NCBI GenBank assembly: GCA_001949185.1
Contig: BDGG01000011.1
Coordinates: forward strand, 327,016 to 391,015
Direction: 5' to 3'
Length of the DNA: 64,000 nucleotides
Source: Ramazzottius varieornatus
Taxonomy: Eukaryota; Animalia; Tardigrada
Below are positions 14,001-25,475 of this stretch, in pieces. The translations under genes and the position numbers were made by a program. Position 1 is the first letter of the stretch; each line of letters begins with the position of its first letter. The notes below the pieces were generated by a model that saw only the letters and a program-made list of their open reading frames with translations, ran no database searches and had not been told where the DNA came from.

Positions 14001-15923
14001 CGTTCTGAGCTCTATTCCGCGGAACGGAAGGTCCACTAGTCCTTTTGGAGGATTTATCTACCTGCATTTCCGAGTCTTGGTCGCCAGCCACGCTGGACGA
14101 TGTGTTGGACGGACCACCCTCGTTACCGTAGTCGCTTACGTCCGATTCGACGTCTTCAATCTTGGGAAATTGTCTCTTTACGATAGTCAATGGTGGCTTC
14201 CCCTTCGAAGTGACGCTGACGGAGTTTTGACGGTTGGAAGCGAGCTGGTTGACCTGACCGTCTAACGTGTCGTCTTCTAAGGATCGTTGGTAGGCTCGTA
14301 ACGAGTCTGGAAGCGTGTATCGTCGTTTCTTGTGCTCTGGAGGGCCAGGCGGTGGCTTTACTTGCTTATTTTCTTCTGAACTGCGAGACGAGGAAGTGGA
14401 AGCAAGCTGCAAAGCATAGCAAGATGAAACTTGAGCCGCTGACAAACTTCCGCGATGTAACAGTTTATCCATGTTCCCGCCGAGAACACGCATGCGGAAT
14501 ACTGACGTCAGAAAACCTCGGACAAAGTCGGTAACTTCGTGACGTAACAAATCTGACACTTAAGCTTCCGGCTACAAACACGCTCCGCAGCCGCCAGCAG
14601 CCCGTTCAGCCGCTACGAAATGTTATTGCAGAAGCTGTCGGAAATTAAAATTTAATTGCCAACGCGCTGCGCAGTTCGCATCGATCCCGTTGCATGTTTC
14701 CCTCTTCACCTTGTTCCAACTGACACGATAATTTGGGAAAAAACCAAAGACCAACCTGAGGTTTACGGGAAGTAGTGGGCAGAGGTGAAACAGTACCAGC
14801 CGTCAAGCCACCCGTAGTAAAGTGGCGACTGCGTGGTGTGGGACGGGTACTACTTGTTGTTGATGGGGTCATCAACGGAGAAGTCGGCAGGCTGATACTC
14901 CCATCGTTGATAGCTTGCAATAAACTTCGGAGTTGGTCGGGACTGAAAGCTTCTTGATCCAGTCGTTCAATATTGGGGAATGGTGAAGCATTTCCCGAAG
15001 TGTGGCTGGTGCTATCTTTGCCATTCATGTCAGCCCAGTTGAAGACGCGCGCTTGCTGGAACGATGTGGGCGACAGGTGGTCCGAATCCTGGAAGTGGTA
15101 GTAGTGCTCCTCTTGCTTGATACTTTTACTGCAACCAAGTAACAAGGTAATTGTACAGTACTTGAAGGGGTTCCCAAAACCAAAAGAAAAAATAATTGAC
15201 TCCACAGAAAAATGATTTTCAGACTGATCCTCTGTCTCAATGTCAAAGCGACCATAGGGCGGCGTTCGGATATGTGCATCGTGTGCGCACCCATCGCATA
15301 TCACTTCTGCACCATGCATAACGAAAATTTGATCGACCAATGGCGCTAAACAACATCGAGCAGCTGATCACCCGCAGAACAAACCCGTGTCTAACACCCT
15401 AGAGTGCTAGAGGGTTCCTAATAAGGCGGTGCTCAGCAGCCTCAGCTATCCTAACGTCTGAGGGTACTCTTCCGCACTTCGGACTACTTGTCTACTTCCA
15501 GTCATAGTTTGCTCGAGATTACCTGGAAGCTACTTGCGGTAGAGGATAAGGGTAATTTGGCGACGAATGCGGTAAGGACATGCGTTGTTTGAGAGGTGTA
15601 TTGTGGGCAAAATCCAGGAAGGCAGGGTGAGGTGGATATTCCGAAGGGACGAAGGGTGTGGTCGAGCTCGATGGAATGGGAAACGAAGGTGCATTCGGTG
15701 TGCTTGGACTTATATTATCGTAAAAGTACGGCGGACTGGTGCTGGACAGGTTGGACGGGAAAGATGAGCTTCTTGGGGATAGTTTGAGGGATAAATGGGA
15801 CGGAGCGAGTGCAGGATGGTGGGACCCTCCATGACCGTTTTGTTGATGACTGCGTACCATGACTTGTGCAGAGGGATTTTCCGCGTTGTTTAACGAACTC
15901 ATCAAGTCGTCCCACATGCTCAT
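11031..15923 (-). CDS. NFAT5: NFAT5/TonEBP-like Rel-homology transcription factor (multi-exon; true 5' end may lie further upstream)
   Basis: Spliced RHD reads QPESHHRARYQKEGSRGCIKDRTG, PHPLYRVCKVGGKHSTPC and IDCLGILKLRNADF. The IPT domain reads PGVPEIHFISHNSCPASG...IGRNF...IPPY...FRYTP. The C-terminus is Q/P-rich and the N-terminus S/P-rich. Confidence 0.85.
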
Positions 15924-18900
15924 CTGCAAAAAACACACCAAATCTAGTAAACGTTCTTCTCCGAATCTCCGCACTAGAAAAGGAATGTGAACATGACAGC
16001 GTTTTTTCGAAGAGATGAACAAAACTACTGCCGACGGGATAGTTCAGGAAATGAAATTTTTCTACGATCGTATGATTCGCATCTGCTATCAGCTGTTGAT
16101 GTGTCGGTTTCAATTATCAGCTGATTGACTGGGGTCGGATCGTTCATCGAACATCGCTCCGCTGATTGCCTGCGCGAAACTCCGCCCCAACCTCCACCAA
16201 GTGCCGCGAAATCGCGGTTCGCGAGAGCAGGTGGGAGGAACCCGGAAGTGACCACGGGATGATGGACATGCAATTGTTAACCTGATTCCCCTTTTCTTAG
16301 CTGCTGCAGGTATAGGGTGCACCTCCGGATCGAGTCCCAGGTGCAGCAATATTGATAGCACCTCTTACCTTTTGACAAGGGAAAGAGCTCATGGACAACA
16401 AAGCGGAGAAGCGGATAAAATTCTATATCTCCTTTAGGTCTTTATACCTTAAGAAAAGAAATCATCCTTCGTCAGTTCAATAGGCGAATGCCAAACTCGA
16501 GAAGTATAGGTATTGGGTCAGAGACTTTCATGTGCATGATTTGCTACAGACAAAGATGACTGGTAGCTCGTGTCAAAGTCAATAAGAGACTAATTACGTG
16601 AAAGTCAAATAAGCTGAATTTCTTCATGTCTCTTTCCCGAGCCTGGCAAGCTGAGACTTCGGTTACCTGTTGCAACAATTCCGCTCGAAGCGTCGAGGAC
16701 TTGAGGACCGACCGAGCTAAGCTTCGGCCTTGGGCTTTCCGCGGTCCAGATTCCCTCCTTTCTTCTGTCTCTCTGGATTACTAACCAAGAGCATGCGCTG
16801 ATTGGTGGATCTGGTACAACGGCGAGATCAACAGTCCACTGGTGATGACGTGACTCAACCCATCAATCAATGACAAAGTCAGTTCCGCTATTTTTTGTCA
16901 CCAGCAGGCGGCTGATCTCGACACTGTAGAGCAAGTACTGTCCGCATCCCGCCGGCTTATCTTCTACCCGCAAGTTTCAAGGAACGAGATTTCCCGAAGG
17001 ATGACTTTTGGCACGTTTCCGGAGTGCGCTTGAATCTAGTACCTGATGGCTTTACGATCATTCTTTTGCGGTTTGGTAATTGTCCTAATGATGACTGTTT
17101 TTTGGGTTTTCCCCAGTGTCGATTTTCATGAAATCGAACACAAATTACGAAGTTCGCTGTTCCACTGTGTGGAAGCTCAAAGGACGAACTTGATCGGAGA
17201 TGTCAAGCAAATATTTTCGAGAACCTGAAGTACAGTGAATAATACCGGTGATCAATAATAAGCTAATAACTCTCCAGCAACTAGTCAACAGCACTCATAT
17301 CAATCCTATAATTTGATTTCATTGCTCTACGGGACGCCACTCATTATTCTGCATCTATTGTCACGTATGGTCGTGGAAACTGGTCAAACAAGTTGCGCTC
17401 TTTTGTCGAGAACTGCGGAGTGCTATCGATGTACAAGTCGCTCTGAGTCTTACACTTCGGTAGAACATGGCGGGACAATCAGGTCTGCCTTCGTCTGAAT
17501 GTTCCGGCCGTTATAAATCGTCTTTTTTTACGACATTACCGTTAGACAACGTAAGCTAACTGGTGCGAGTGCGGTACAAGGCACTTGTCACTTCCGGATA
17601 AGACGCTGCACAAACAGCAGCCAGCCGCAGGAAAAACATGGCCGCAATGATCGGACAAGGCTTTTGATCAAGATTGTCTGGCAGACATCCTTAATGCGTT
17701 TCTAATCCATTGCGACGGTTTAATCATTAGAAATCTATTTCCTCCATGAATCTAGGCAGTCAGAGTCAGAGCAAGCGCTAAGTTAGCTATAGTCTGGTCC
17801 TCCTTCGAACTGGCACACGACGTCACTGCGGCCGAGCCTATGGTACACAAAGCTTCAGTTTGCCTTATGACATCACCCCTTGACACTGTGACATAATATT
17901 AATATCATGTTAAGAAAGCAGGTCCACACTCGATAAGAGCGCTCTTCCGAGCGCCGCACGCTCCCAGCCAGTAAAACCATATGGGCGCGCCACTTACGAG
18001 AACAGGCTTGCCGAGCTCTGGTTTTATGTTCCGTACAGAAATGCAGAGACCTCCAGATGCCTTACACTTGAAAACAACAACGAAAACGTCCATGAAGCAT
18101 AAAAAAAATCCAAAAACGAAATATGCATTGCTTAGTTCAGAAGAATTCGAGCGCGTACGTCGACAGAAAACAAAACCGAAATTCATCTGTAAAATAATAC
18201 TAAAAAATGTCACAATTGATAAAACGTAATATGATACTGCCATAGAGGTAAAACAAAAACCCAAACACTGAAGGAAATCAGACCTTTGAACCAGAATGGC
18301 CACAGAGGATGACTAGGGAGAGTAGCGAGCAGACAGACCAGAGCGACGTCGTCCAAACTGCTGCCTGATGAGCATGGCTTCCAAGGGTTGTCTCCATTCA
18401 TCCAGCAGCTGTGCTGTCCGTCCTTCTTCGTCGATAAAGGCTTCCAGACGTTTGCCGACAATCTTCACATTCTGCCGTTGTAACAAGGTCTTCCAGTGAG
18501 CTTCTCGGATGAAATTCAGACTGTGGAATATACCGTAAGTCAGAAAGACAAGTATCAGAACGAAACAGCACGTCACGAAGAGACGCAGGCATTGTGGCGA
18601 AAGACGGGCCAGGATCGTCAACGAGATCCACTTGTTCTACCCTCCGCTGTGAAAAGAAAGATGAAACACGGCAACACAACAGTTAGTACGGTCGGAGAAA
18701 AGTTTTACCGCGATGTGCGATCTCGTCAGTCTTCAGCGTCCGATTTCGTCAAAGTCCTCATCGAGTGCGACTGGCAACCTTGTCCCTCAGAGCCTCTCTT
18801 CCATCGGCCTCGATGTCCTGAAATGGAGCATGCTGAAACAACAAGCAAGCTTGATTTATGATCGATCTCTGAAGAACAGAAGGAGGGATTTATTTTTGCT

Positions 18901-20399
18901 GGCATAGATTTCCTGAACCCGAACAACAGAGAGAAAAATCTGGTTTGAGTTAATCAAACACGAAAGTGCTCGCCACGAATTGGCTTTGCTGAATCATGGT
19001 ATGGCACATTCGTCCTGTGATACAGAGCTCGCGGAATCGAACCTTGGGCAGTCGCGCTTTTCTCGAATCATGTAGTACTGTAGTGGTCCCGTAACCCGTG
19101 TGCAATATCGCAGTCGGTGTCGGGCTATGATCCCCTTGCTTCAACATTACCGTCTAACACATATCCGAAAAGTTTTTTCACTTTTTTGTACCTTCGAGGC
19201 TTCGACTCGAATAGCAACTCCGAATGCATCAGTACGTATCGTGACTGTCTTCCATTTTCTCACCCCGCCCAACCGATCCATACGGAACTCAGACCGAATA
19301 TCTCCGAGCCCAACACATCGTGACTCGTCGACCAACCTCTTCCTGCGTTCCCGCCACAGCCAGCTGATCTGGGTTTACCGCCAGAAGGCGACCGAGAAAG
19401 TGGGCAAAGCTTCAACCGTTCTGATTTCTGCGAGAAATAATGGTAGGAGCCAATATGCACCCACCGCATTCACAACCTGTTTCTACTTTCGTTGTCACAT
19501 ACGACTACCTAAACCGATGCTGCAACTGATTGTCTACCCAAGTGGGAGCACGTTTCTAGCTTTGTTAGCTAGAAGCGTGCGCCACTTTGAAAAATAATCC
19601 TGACGAGTGGGTTATTTACCCCAATTGGCGCATTTTCGCTGTTGATTCGTGACAGCGTCGTATGTCGTTCGCTATCTCGGCAGCCACGTGCTGACCCGTC
19701 TTTCTGGGTATCCTTGGTGAGTGAGGTTTTCATCTCTCGCTGTCTGTTGCGCTTAACTCAACCGTCTCGATATTTCGCTTTCTCAGACCTTTAGCTTTTT
19801 TTTTCCATCGCCGCTTTTTTCGTGTTGATGGAAGTAGTATCAGTAAGGATTCTTCCGTTAGAAACATCCAAACGCGAACGTTTTTCCCGACGTTTGTTTT
19901 GAAGAGCACTGCCGAGCAAGTTCTTGCGGAGCTCCCAAGCAACGACCGAAACCACCGACCCGCATGTCATTATATTTGTGATTTCTAGCCAGCTGCTGGT
20001 ACGAGGTAAAGGACATGGAGTCTTCCAGTGAGAATTTCAGACATGAAATTTTCCAGGTTGTTTTAACGTAGCTGCTGGTCAGATTGCGTCGTACGGTAAG
20101 TCAGTCAATAGAGAAAGTCTTTCTGATCATAGCCAAGCCGTTTTCCGAGTCATTTGACGGTGCAAAGGTGACAAAGGAAGGTTTGTAGGAGACAGGATAA
20201 AATCCAATGTTAAGGAGCCTGGAAAAGAAATAAAACGTAGGCCTGAAGAGGCGCTTGCGTAGTCTTTTACGGAGACATACGCCAAGACGTCGCACCTCAT
20301 ATTCCAGTCTGTAAAACGTCACGTGACAAACAGTCAGATATTGTGATGCCACCCCACACCGCAGTTTGGAAATTTTAATTAATCAGCCGGACATTTAAA

Positions 20400-20680
20400 T
20401 TAATCAGCCGGACATCGATTGTTAGCGCATTTTATGTTCAAGATAACCCCAATCGTGGAAAAACTGACGAGTATTTCGGAGATTTCCGACTCTTCTTCCA
20501 GCGTGAAGGTGTTTGAACGTCCGACCGTCCTCCCGTGTTTCCTGTTCACTCTGTTCGCGAGGGTCCTGTAAGGTATATGATACTTCTCGGCAGCCATCCC
20601 TATGAACATTCTACCATTACAGCAGTTACTGCAGCTTCCATGCTAGGATGAGCCTGTACATATCGCCGTTTCCTAGGCAT
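20400..20680 (-). pseudogene. Frameshifted psq/CENP-B-type helix-turn-helix (pogo-like transposase N-terminus) fragment
   Basis: Reads MPRKRRYVQAHPSMEAAVTAV / IGMAAEKYHIPYRTLANRVNRKHGRTVGRSNTFTLEEESEISEIL. It ends at a tandem duplication of AATTAATCAGCCGGACAT (20377-20394, 20398-20415). Confidence 0.7.
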
Positions 20681-20699
20681 CTCAGAGGGTCGCAGGTAA

Positions 20700-21200
20700 G
20701 CAGGGACAGAAGGGTCGCCTTCGGAAGTCGCAGCTCTTGTTATAGAACGGCATGGATCTGTCATACAACGTAAACATTGACGGTGAAAGAACGAGAAGAA
20801 GGAAAGCCTTCCAGCAAGGAATAACGCAAAGAAGGATTGCGTAAACAATGCATTTTCGCTCTGAAGTGGTGCAAAGTTTTAGCCGTTCAGATTTTGAACA
20901 AAGGAGGTTGTGTTACGTCATTGTAAACCTTGGGCACACCTTCAGAGACATGTGATTGCTACTCGGTTGGCCCATAAGTGGTTTACTTGGTCCGGAATGG
21001 TGTGCCCTCTGCAGAAGCGGGTTCCTTGATATCGAACGAAATTCCTAAACGACTTCCACTGGTGAATTCCTCCCGTCATCGTCTTCCAATTGCTCCCCTT
21101 CTTACCAGATGAAAAAGGAAGCTAGATGTTCATAGATACTTGTAACTAATTTCAGGTTTTTAGGTTATTGCGGAAACCGTCAATGGGTCAAGTATTCGCC
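20700..21200 (+). repeat. Diverged dispersed repeat homologous to 50210-50730
   Basis: Shared collinear blocks, e.g. TTTTCGCT(C)TGAAGTGG..AAAGTTTTAGC.GTTC.GAT, GTGTTACGTCAT, TACTTGG.CCGG, CCCTCTGCAGAA and TGGGT.AAGTATTC. Confidence 0.7.
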
Positions 21201-21981
21201 CGTCTATATATACTGGAAAAAAGTGGTATGTTGGTTCCATCAAAGTATTCCACCACGGAAACCGTGAAAGCCTTCCTGAACCTCGGAACTTTTTTACCGT
21301 GTCCCCTAATGATTTCGGGTTGTTGTTTGGTCTTCCTGATGTTCATCGAGATTCCCGAGTCAGTTCGAGCAAGTACCCCACAGTGGGCTAGAGCCCCTGA
21401 AAATTCCCCACTCACATGACCTATGGCACCTAACAAAGCCTCTGCTATGGCTTGTCCCATTGACCAACGTCGAGCTCTTCAGCCGCCTGCAAATATGAAT
21501 TGAGTCTACAGTACATAAGTATTTCGTTTGATGGTTTGATGGGAGTACGGAATACGGTTGTGCAGTTTCCAAGATGCTGCTACTTTGAGTTACCGTACTA
21601 TTCCCGGTGGTGGACCAGCATTCCCTCTGGTATGCTCAGTACGGGATACAAGTACGGAACAGTATAGGTGACCATGTTTCCCTGGTTGCAGCTCGGTCTG
21701 GACCAGTGATGACTGTTGAGTGTAATAGCTGGTCAGCTCGAATTCGATCCGCTAACCAGCAGTCCTTTTTGTGCGCTACGTTGCATGGCACAGACATGGA
21801 TCGTTTGAATGCACGGTCAACGAAACTTGTTCAACAACAGTACGTTGCCAAGAAAAATTCGGAGTAGCTTCAAAAGCAAAAGTAGACTTGACAAAGTTTA
21901 GTTGACTGGCCTCCGATCTTGAGGAAAACAACTTTTACTGACGGGCGCTTTTTATCCTTAGCATTCACATCAGGTTTTAGC

Positions 21982-22946
21982 ATGGATGATTTCGATATCG
22001 TGGACTTTGGTAACACGTGGGACTTACCCCTAACGGAAAGTTTTTTCGACTCACTTATTGACACCTATCAGCATACAGAACTTACTGAGGTCTATCATGA
22101 CGAGGTCCATAGATTACTGGATGCTCCCTTTTTTGATCCGGGTGCAACCTATTTGGACATCAGCAGCAGTTATCTTGACGCCAACAGTATGCACTTCGAG
22201 CAGTCAGGAGTTACTACGAACCCTCAACAGAATGTGACTGGGATGGACCTTGAGCTTTCGGTCAATGAGCTCGGCCTGATGATCGGCACTATTGGAGTCT
22301 TAAACGCTCACGAGGAGTACGACGAAGGAGTCCTGATTCAAACACCGCCATCTCAGTTATCCGAGACCATGTGCCGACCATTCAGCAGCAGCTCAAAGAC
22401 TTACCACCATTTCCCGTGCCGTCCAATATTGCCTCGCTTCAGGGTTCGATACCCTTTATAATACAAAGTGAAACTCAGCAAGAGCCGCAGTCTAACCAAT
22501 CAGTTCGAACAAGACACTTGAAGAACGAAGCAAAGAAGCCACGAGCCAAATCCCTCAACACGCCGTATCATGATCTCCCCATTACCACTGTCACTACTGT
22601 ACCAATGGGATGGGAAATTGTTTCTGCTATGAATACCTTAGCTGAGTTCCTGCTACCAAATACCCAGATGTGCACTGTGGGTTCCGCCCACTTTACACCG
22701 TTGGCGGGTGCGAGTATTCGAGTCAAAGGTGCTCCAAAGACAAAAGTCACCGTTCTCCTTACCTACCAGGAACTTCTCATGATCGTCAACCTGATCTTGT
22801 CCAGAGAAGTTGATTCAGGAATTTTTCGTACTGGATCTGGAATAATCAGAAAGAAGTCCGTACCAAGCATGGATGATGAGCGACACTACGTCATTAATTC
22901 CACCCTTTGCTGCCATTGGATGTTAAATACTAACAATCACCCTTAG
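21982..22946 (+). pseudogene. Orphan ORF of about 320 codons (acidic/aromatic N-terminus, basic centre), with one frameshift near 22370
   Basis: ORFs 21982-22461 and 22371-22946 overlap and join by a single frameshift. The stop overlaps the convergent IAP gene. Confidence 0.5.
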
Positions 22947-23618
22947 CAAGTTGGTAAGAGCATGAAAACTGATGGAAAACTGAGTTTAGTGCACCGCCTT
23001 CGATACGTGTCGGTTTGCCGCAGTAAGCACAGTGAACATGGTTGACTTCTTATGAGGAAAAGATGAGTCCATCTTGAGCCAAATCTAGTGCTGTGTGCCT
23101 CTTTGGTAACTGACACAGTGGATTCTGAAGTGTGCGGAGTCGCTTTTCCACAGTTTCAGAACCGAGGGCCAAAATGTTTGCCGTCACTTTGTGGTCAGCT
23201 TTCTTTGCTCTGCGCCACCTCAAGAAATCATTAGGATCGTATGCTTCGAAAACCACTCCCAAACGTTTCATGAAGTTCAACCATGATAGGTACTGATTGA
23301 ACGTTGGTCGGCCGTCGATGTTTAGGAAATCGTCTTCTTTTGTCAGTTCAACTCCGTACTCCGTTGCAGATTGATCGACCATCTTCTGCCCGCACTTGAA
23401 TTTTACAAATTCGAATCCTGGCCGGTGGCGAATGTGTTCAATCATCGGTGTGTCAGTTGTCTGCCAGTAACTAAGAGCAAGTCCGCAATGAAAGCACTCC
23501 ACCAGTCCCGTGCTATGCTCCTTGCAGAAAAATCCCGCGCTGGCTAATTCATAAGGCTGCTGGACGTCAAACTTACCCAGTTGTAGAAGGTTACGAACCG
23601 AGTTTCGTGGTTAGTCAT
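22930..23618 (-). pseudogene. Inhibitor-of-apoptosis-like gene with two BIR domains (decayed)
   Basis: BIR1 reads ETRFVTFYNW/..PYELASAGFF..VECFHCGLALSYWQTTDTPMIEHIRHRPG(F)EFVK, with a frameshift near 23575 and the last Cys replaced by Phe. BIR2-like reads EKRLRTL..ALDLAQDGLIFSS*EVNHVHCAYC..FHQFSC, with an internal stop at 23050. Confidence 0.8.
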
Positions 23619-23888
23619 TGGTTTGTAAACGATTGCATCACTCCAGAACCCTTCGTCGTTAGGTCTCATGTTCGGAACAAAACACAAGCGAAAAATTCAA
23701 GACTGGCTCACTTTCGTCCGACGGGTAGAACTGATCAATTCGTGCTGATGGGTACTAGAAAACTGTTGTCGCTTGTGATGGACTGCAAGTGCCACTTACG
23801 GTCCTGTATCTGTTTTACGGTTCACTAGATTACTGTCACGCCCAATACAGTCATTTTGCTTCTTAGCAGCCATGTTACAGTCGCAATT

Positions 23889-24970
23889 ATGGGAACTACC
23901 GTAGTTCTTGATTGTGATTGGTTTATAATTGGGAAGCAAGCTTCGCTCAAAGTTTTGTCTTATGCAGTAGTTAGCGGTACCCTGCACGGCGACATAACGT
24001 TCAAGCTGCCGCAAACTGCCGCTCGATTTGGCGCAGACCTCGCCAGACAACCGCTGCATTCACACGGTCTAGTCTGGTCATCAGAAGGGCAGTTTCAGCA
24101 GCACCCACTTCCAGAAATCTTCGTGTATCTGTTCAATCAAGTCATAAAGAAACGACCAATCGAGATCGAGTTCTACGCTAAAGGCTAGTGCTGGGATAAA
24201 TACGATATGATATTCTCTGATAAATATCTTTCAATATTTATATCTCGTTTTAGATATCAACCACGTATCGATATTTCGATATGATACGTTTCTGATACAT
24301 TTTATTTTTGATTTATCGAATTTTATTACAGTGATTTATCGATATATCAAGCCAGTACCATGTTGAAAACTATCGAAATCAAGAAAGTTCCAAAGTGAAA
24401 CCAAACGGTTGTCGCTCACTACGTTCGAGTCAGAACAAAGTCAAATGTCTTCGTGTACGCGTGTGTTCGTTGCTCATTCTATCAAGATCTGTCGTTACGC
24501 ACCTAGGTACGCTGACTGTTCACTTCTCCGAAGTCAGCTTGGAAGCATGTGCGCGATACATTACGGGCGAGGCTGCGCTGCCTGCGCGGTACCGAACCGG
24601 AGTATTGACTTCCGAAGTTCCGATTCTCAAGTGCGGGTTTGCGATTTATCTATATCAGAAATATATCGATATACCGCGATATGATATTTTCATTTATCAT
24701 ATTCCGCTCAGCGATATTCCGTCCATACCGACATGTCAATATGATATTTTTGTCATATCGAATCACTGTGATGTGATATATTTCGATAAGATACGATATA
24801 TCATATTTATCTTAGCACCACTAAAGGCATACAAAAGTGCCGCTTGCTAGAGTCGTGGTTACATACTGTATATAATCTGGAAGATCTAGGCTGTCCTCGT
24901 TTTGACCAGCTGACAGACAAACCGTAGACCACTTTGAACAAAGCTGTGGTCTTTGGGTCATCGTTAACTA
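23889..24970 (+). pseudogene. DEDD-like exonuclease of the type accessory to Mavericks, interrupted by a hAT MITE
   Basis: Reads MGTTVVLDCDWF..LKVLS..HSHGLVWSSEG..FYAKG. After removing 24186-24828 it continues in frame as IQKCRLLESWL..NLEDLGCPRFDQL, with an in-frame TAG at 24925. Confidence 0.65.
24186..24820. mobile_element. hAT-type MITE, 635 bp
   Basis: Perfect 8-bp TSD CTAAAGGC (24178-24185, 24821-24828). Imperfect TIR TAGTGCTGGGATAAATACGATAT / rc TGGTGCTAAGATAAATATGATAT. Many subterminal CGATAT motifs. Confidence 0.9.
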
Positions 24971-25475
24971 CCCACAGATCCGGAACATCGGCGCGACCTG
25001 CCAGCTAGGATGCAAGTTAGATCTGGATAAAATTGAAGTCAGATTGCCTATGGCTCTTTATACTCCTAAGCGATTTTCTGGGATATCAGTCCGTATCCTG
25101 CAGCCATATAAAGCACACTGTCAACTCTATACTGACGGAAAGATGACAGTCAACGGAGCACGAACGCTGCGCTCTGCGAAACGACTGGCTCGACGATTCT
25201 GCTCGCTTTTGAGAACACTGGACTACGACGTCTCGGTTTCCGACTTTCGAGTGGTCAATATAATTACATTTTTTGACACAGGTCGAAGACCACGTTTGGA
25301 AGAACTCTCCCAGAGAACGAACGCCATGTATTTTCCTGAAATTTTCCCAGGTTTACGGGTTAGACTGAGTGGGTGCAGTGCAATATTATTTCACAGCGGC
25401 AAAGTTAAATTTTTGGGCGCCAGAAACAAACTGGATGTTGACGCTGCGTATTTGGAGCTGTTACTTCATTTATGA
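24960..25475 (+). CDS. Divergent intronless TATA-binding-protein (TBP) homologue, core domain only; the natural start appears mutated (ATC at 24960)
   Basis: The frame is open from 24960: YPQIRNIGATCQLGCKLDLDKI..YTPKRFSGISVRI..QLYTDGKMTVNGART..ARRF..DFRVVNII..RLEEL..YFPEIFPGLRVR..ILFHSGKVKFLGAR. This is collinear with both TBP repeats (PQLQNIVSTVNLGCKLDL, YNPKRF, IFSSGKMVCTGAK, FKIQNMV, YEPELFPGL, IFVSGKVVLTGAK). Confidence 0.9.
   Translation: MVNYPQIRNIGATCQLGCKLDLDKIEVRLPMALYTPKRFSGISVRILQPYKAHCQLYTDGKMTVNGARTLRSAKRLARRFCSLLRTLDYDVSVSDFRVVNIITFFDTGRRPRLEELSQRTNAMYFPEIFPGLRVRLSGCSAILFHSGKVKFLGARNKLDVDAAYLELLLHL

Noticed and set aside
17046-18621. Two small membrane-anchor ORFs (17046-17228 +, 18313-18621 -)
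   Set aside because: No recognisable family. The second lacks an ATG and I could not build a consistent spliced model.
24186-24820. CGATAT or GGAAY short repeats as a CRISPR-like array
   Set aside because: There is no repeat-spacer periodicity; these are hAT subterminal motifs in eukaryotic DNA.
25044-25475. Calling the TBP-like ORF the host TBP or TRF2 gene
   Set aside because: It is too divergent, intronless, lacks a start for the first strand and helix, and overlaps pPolB. No gene symbol was assigned.
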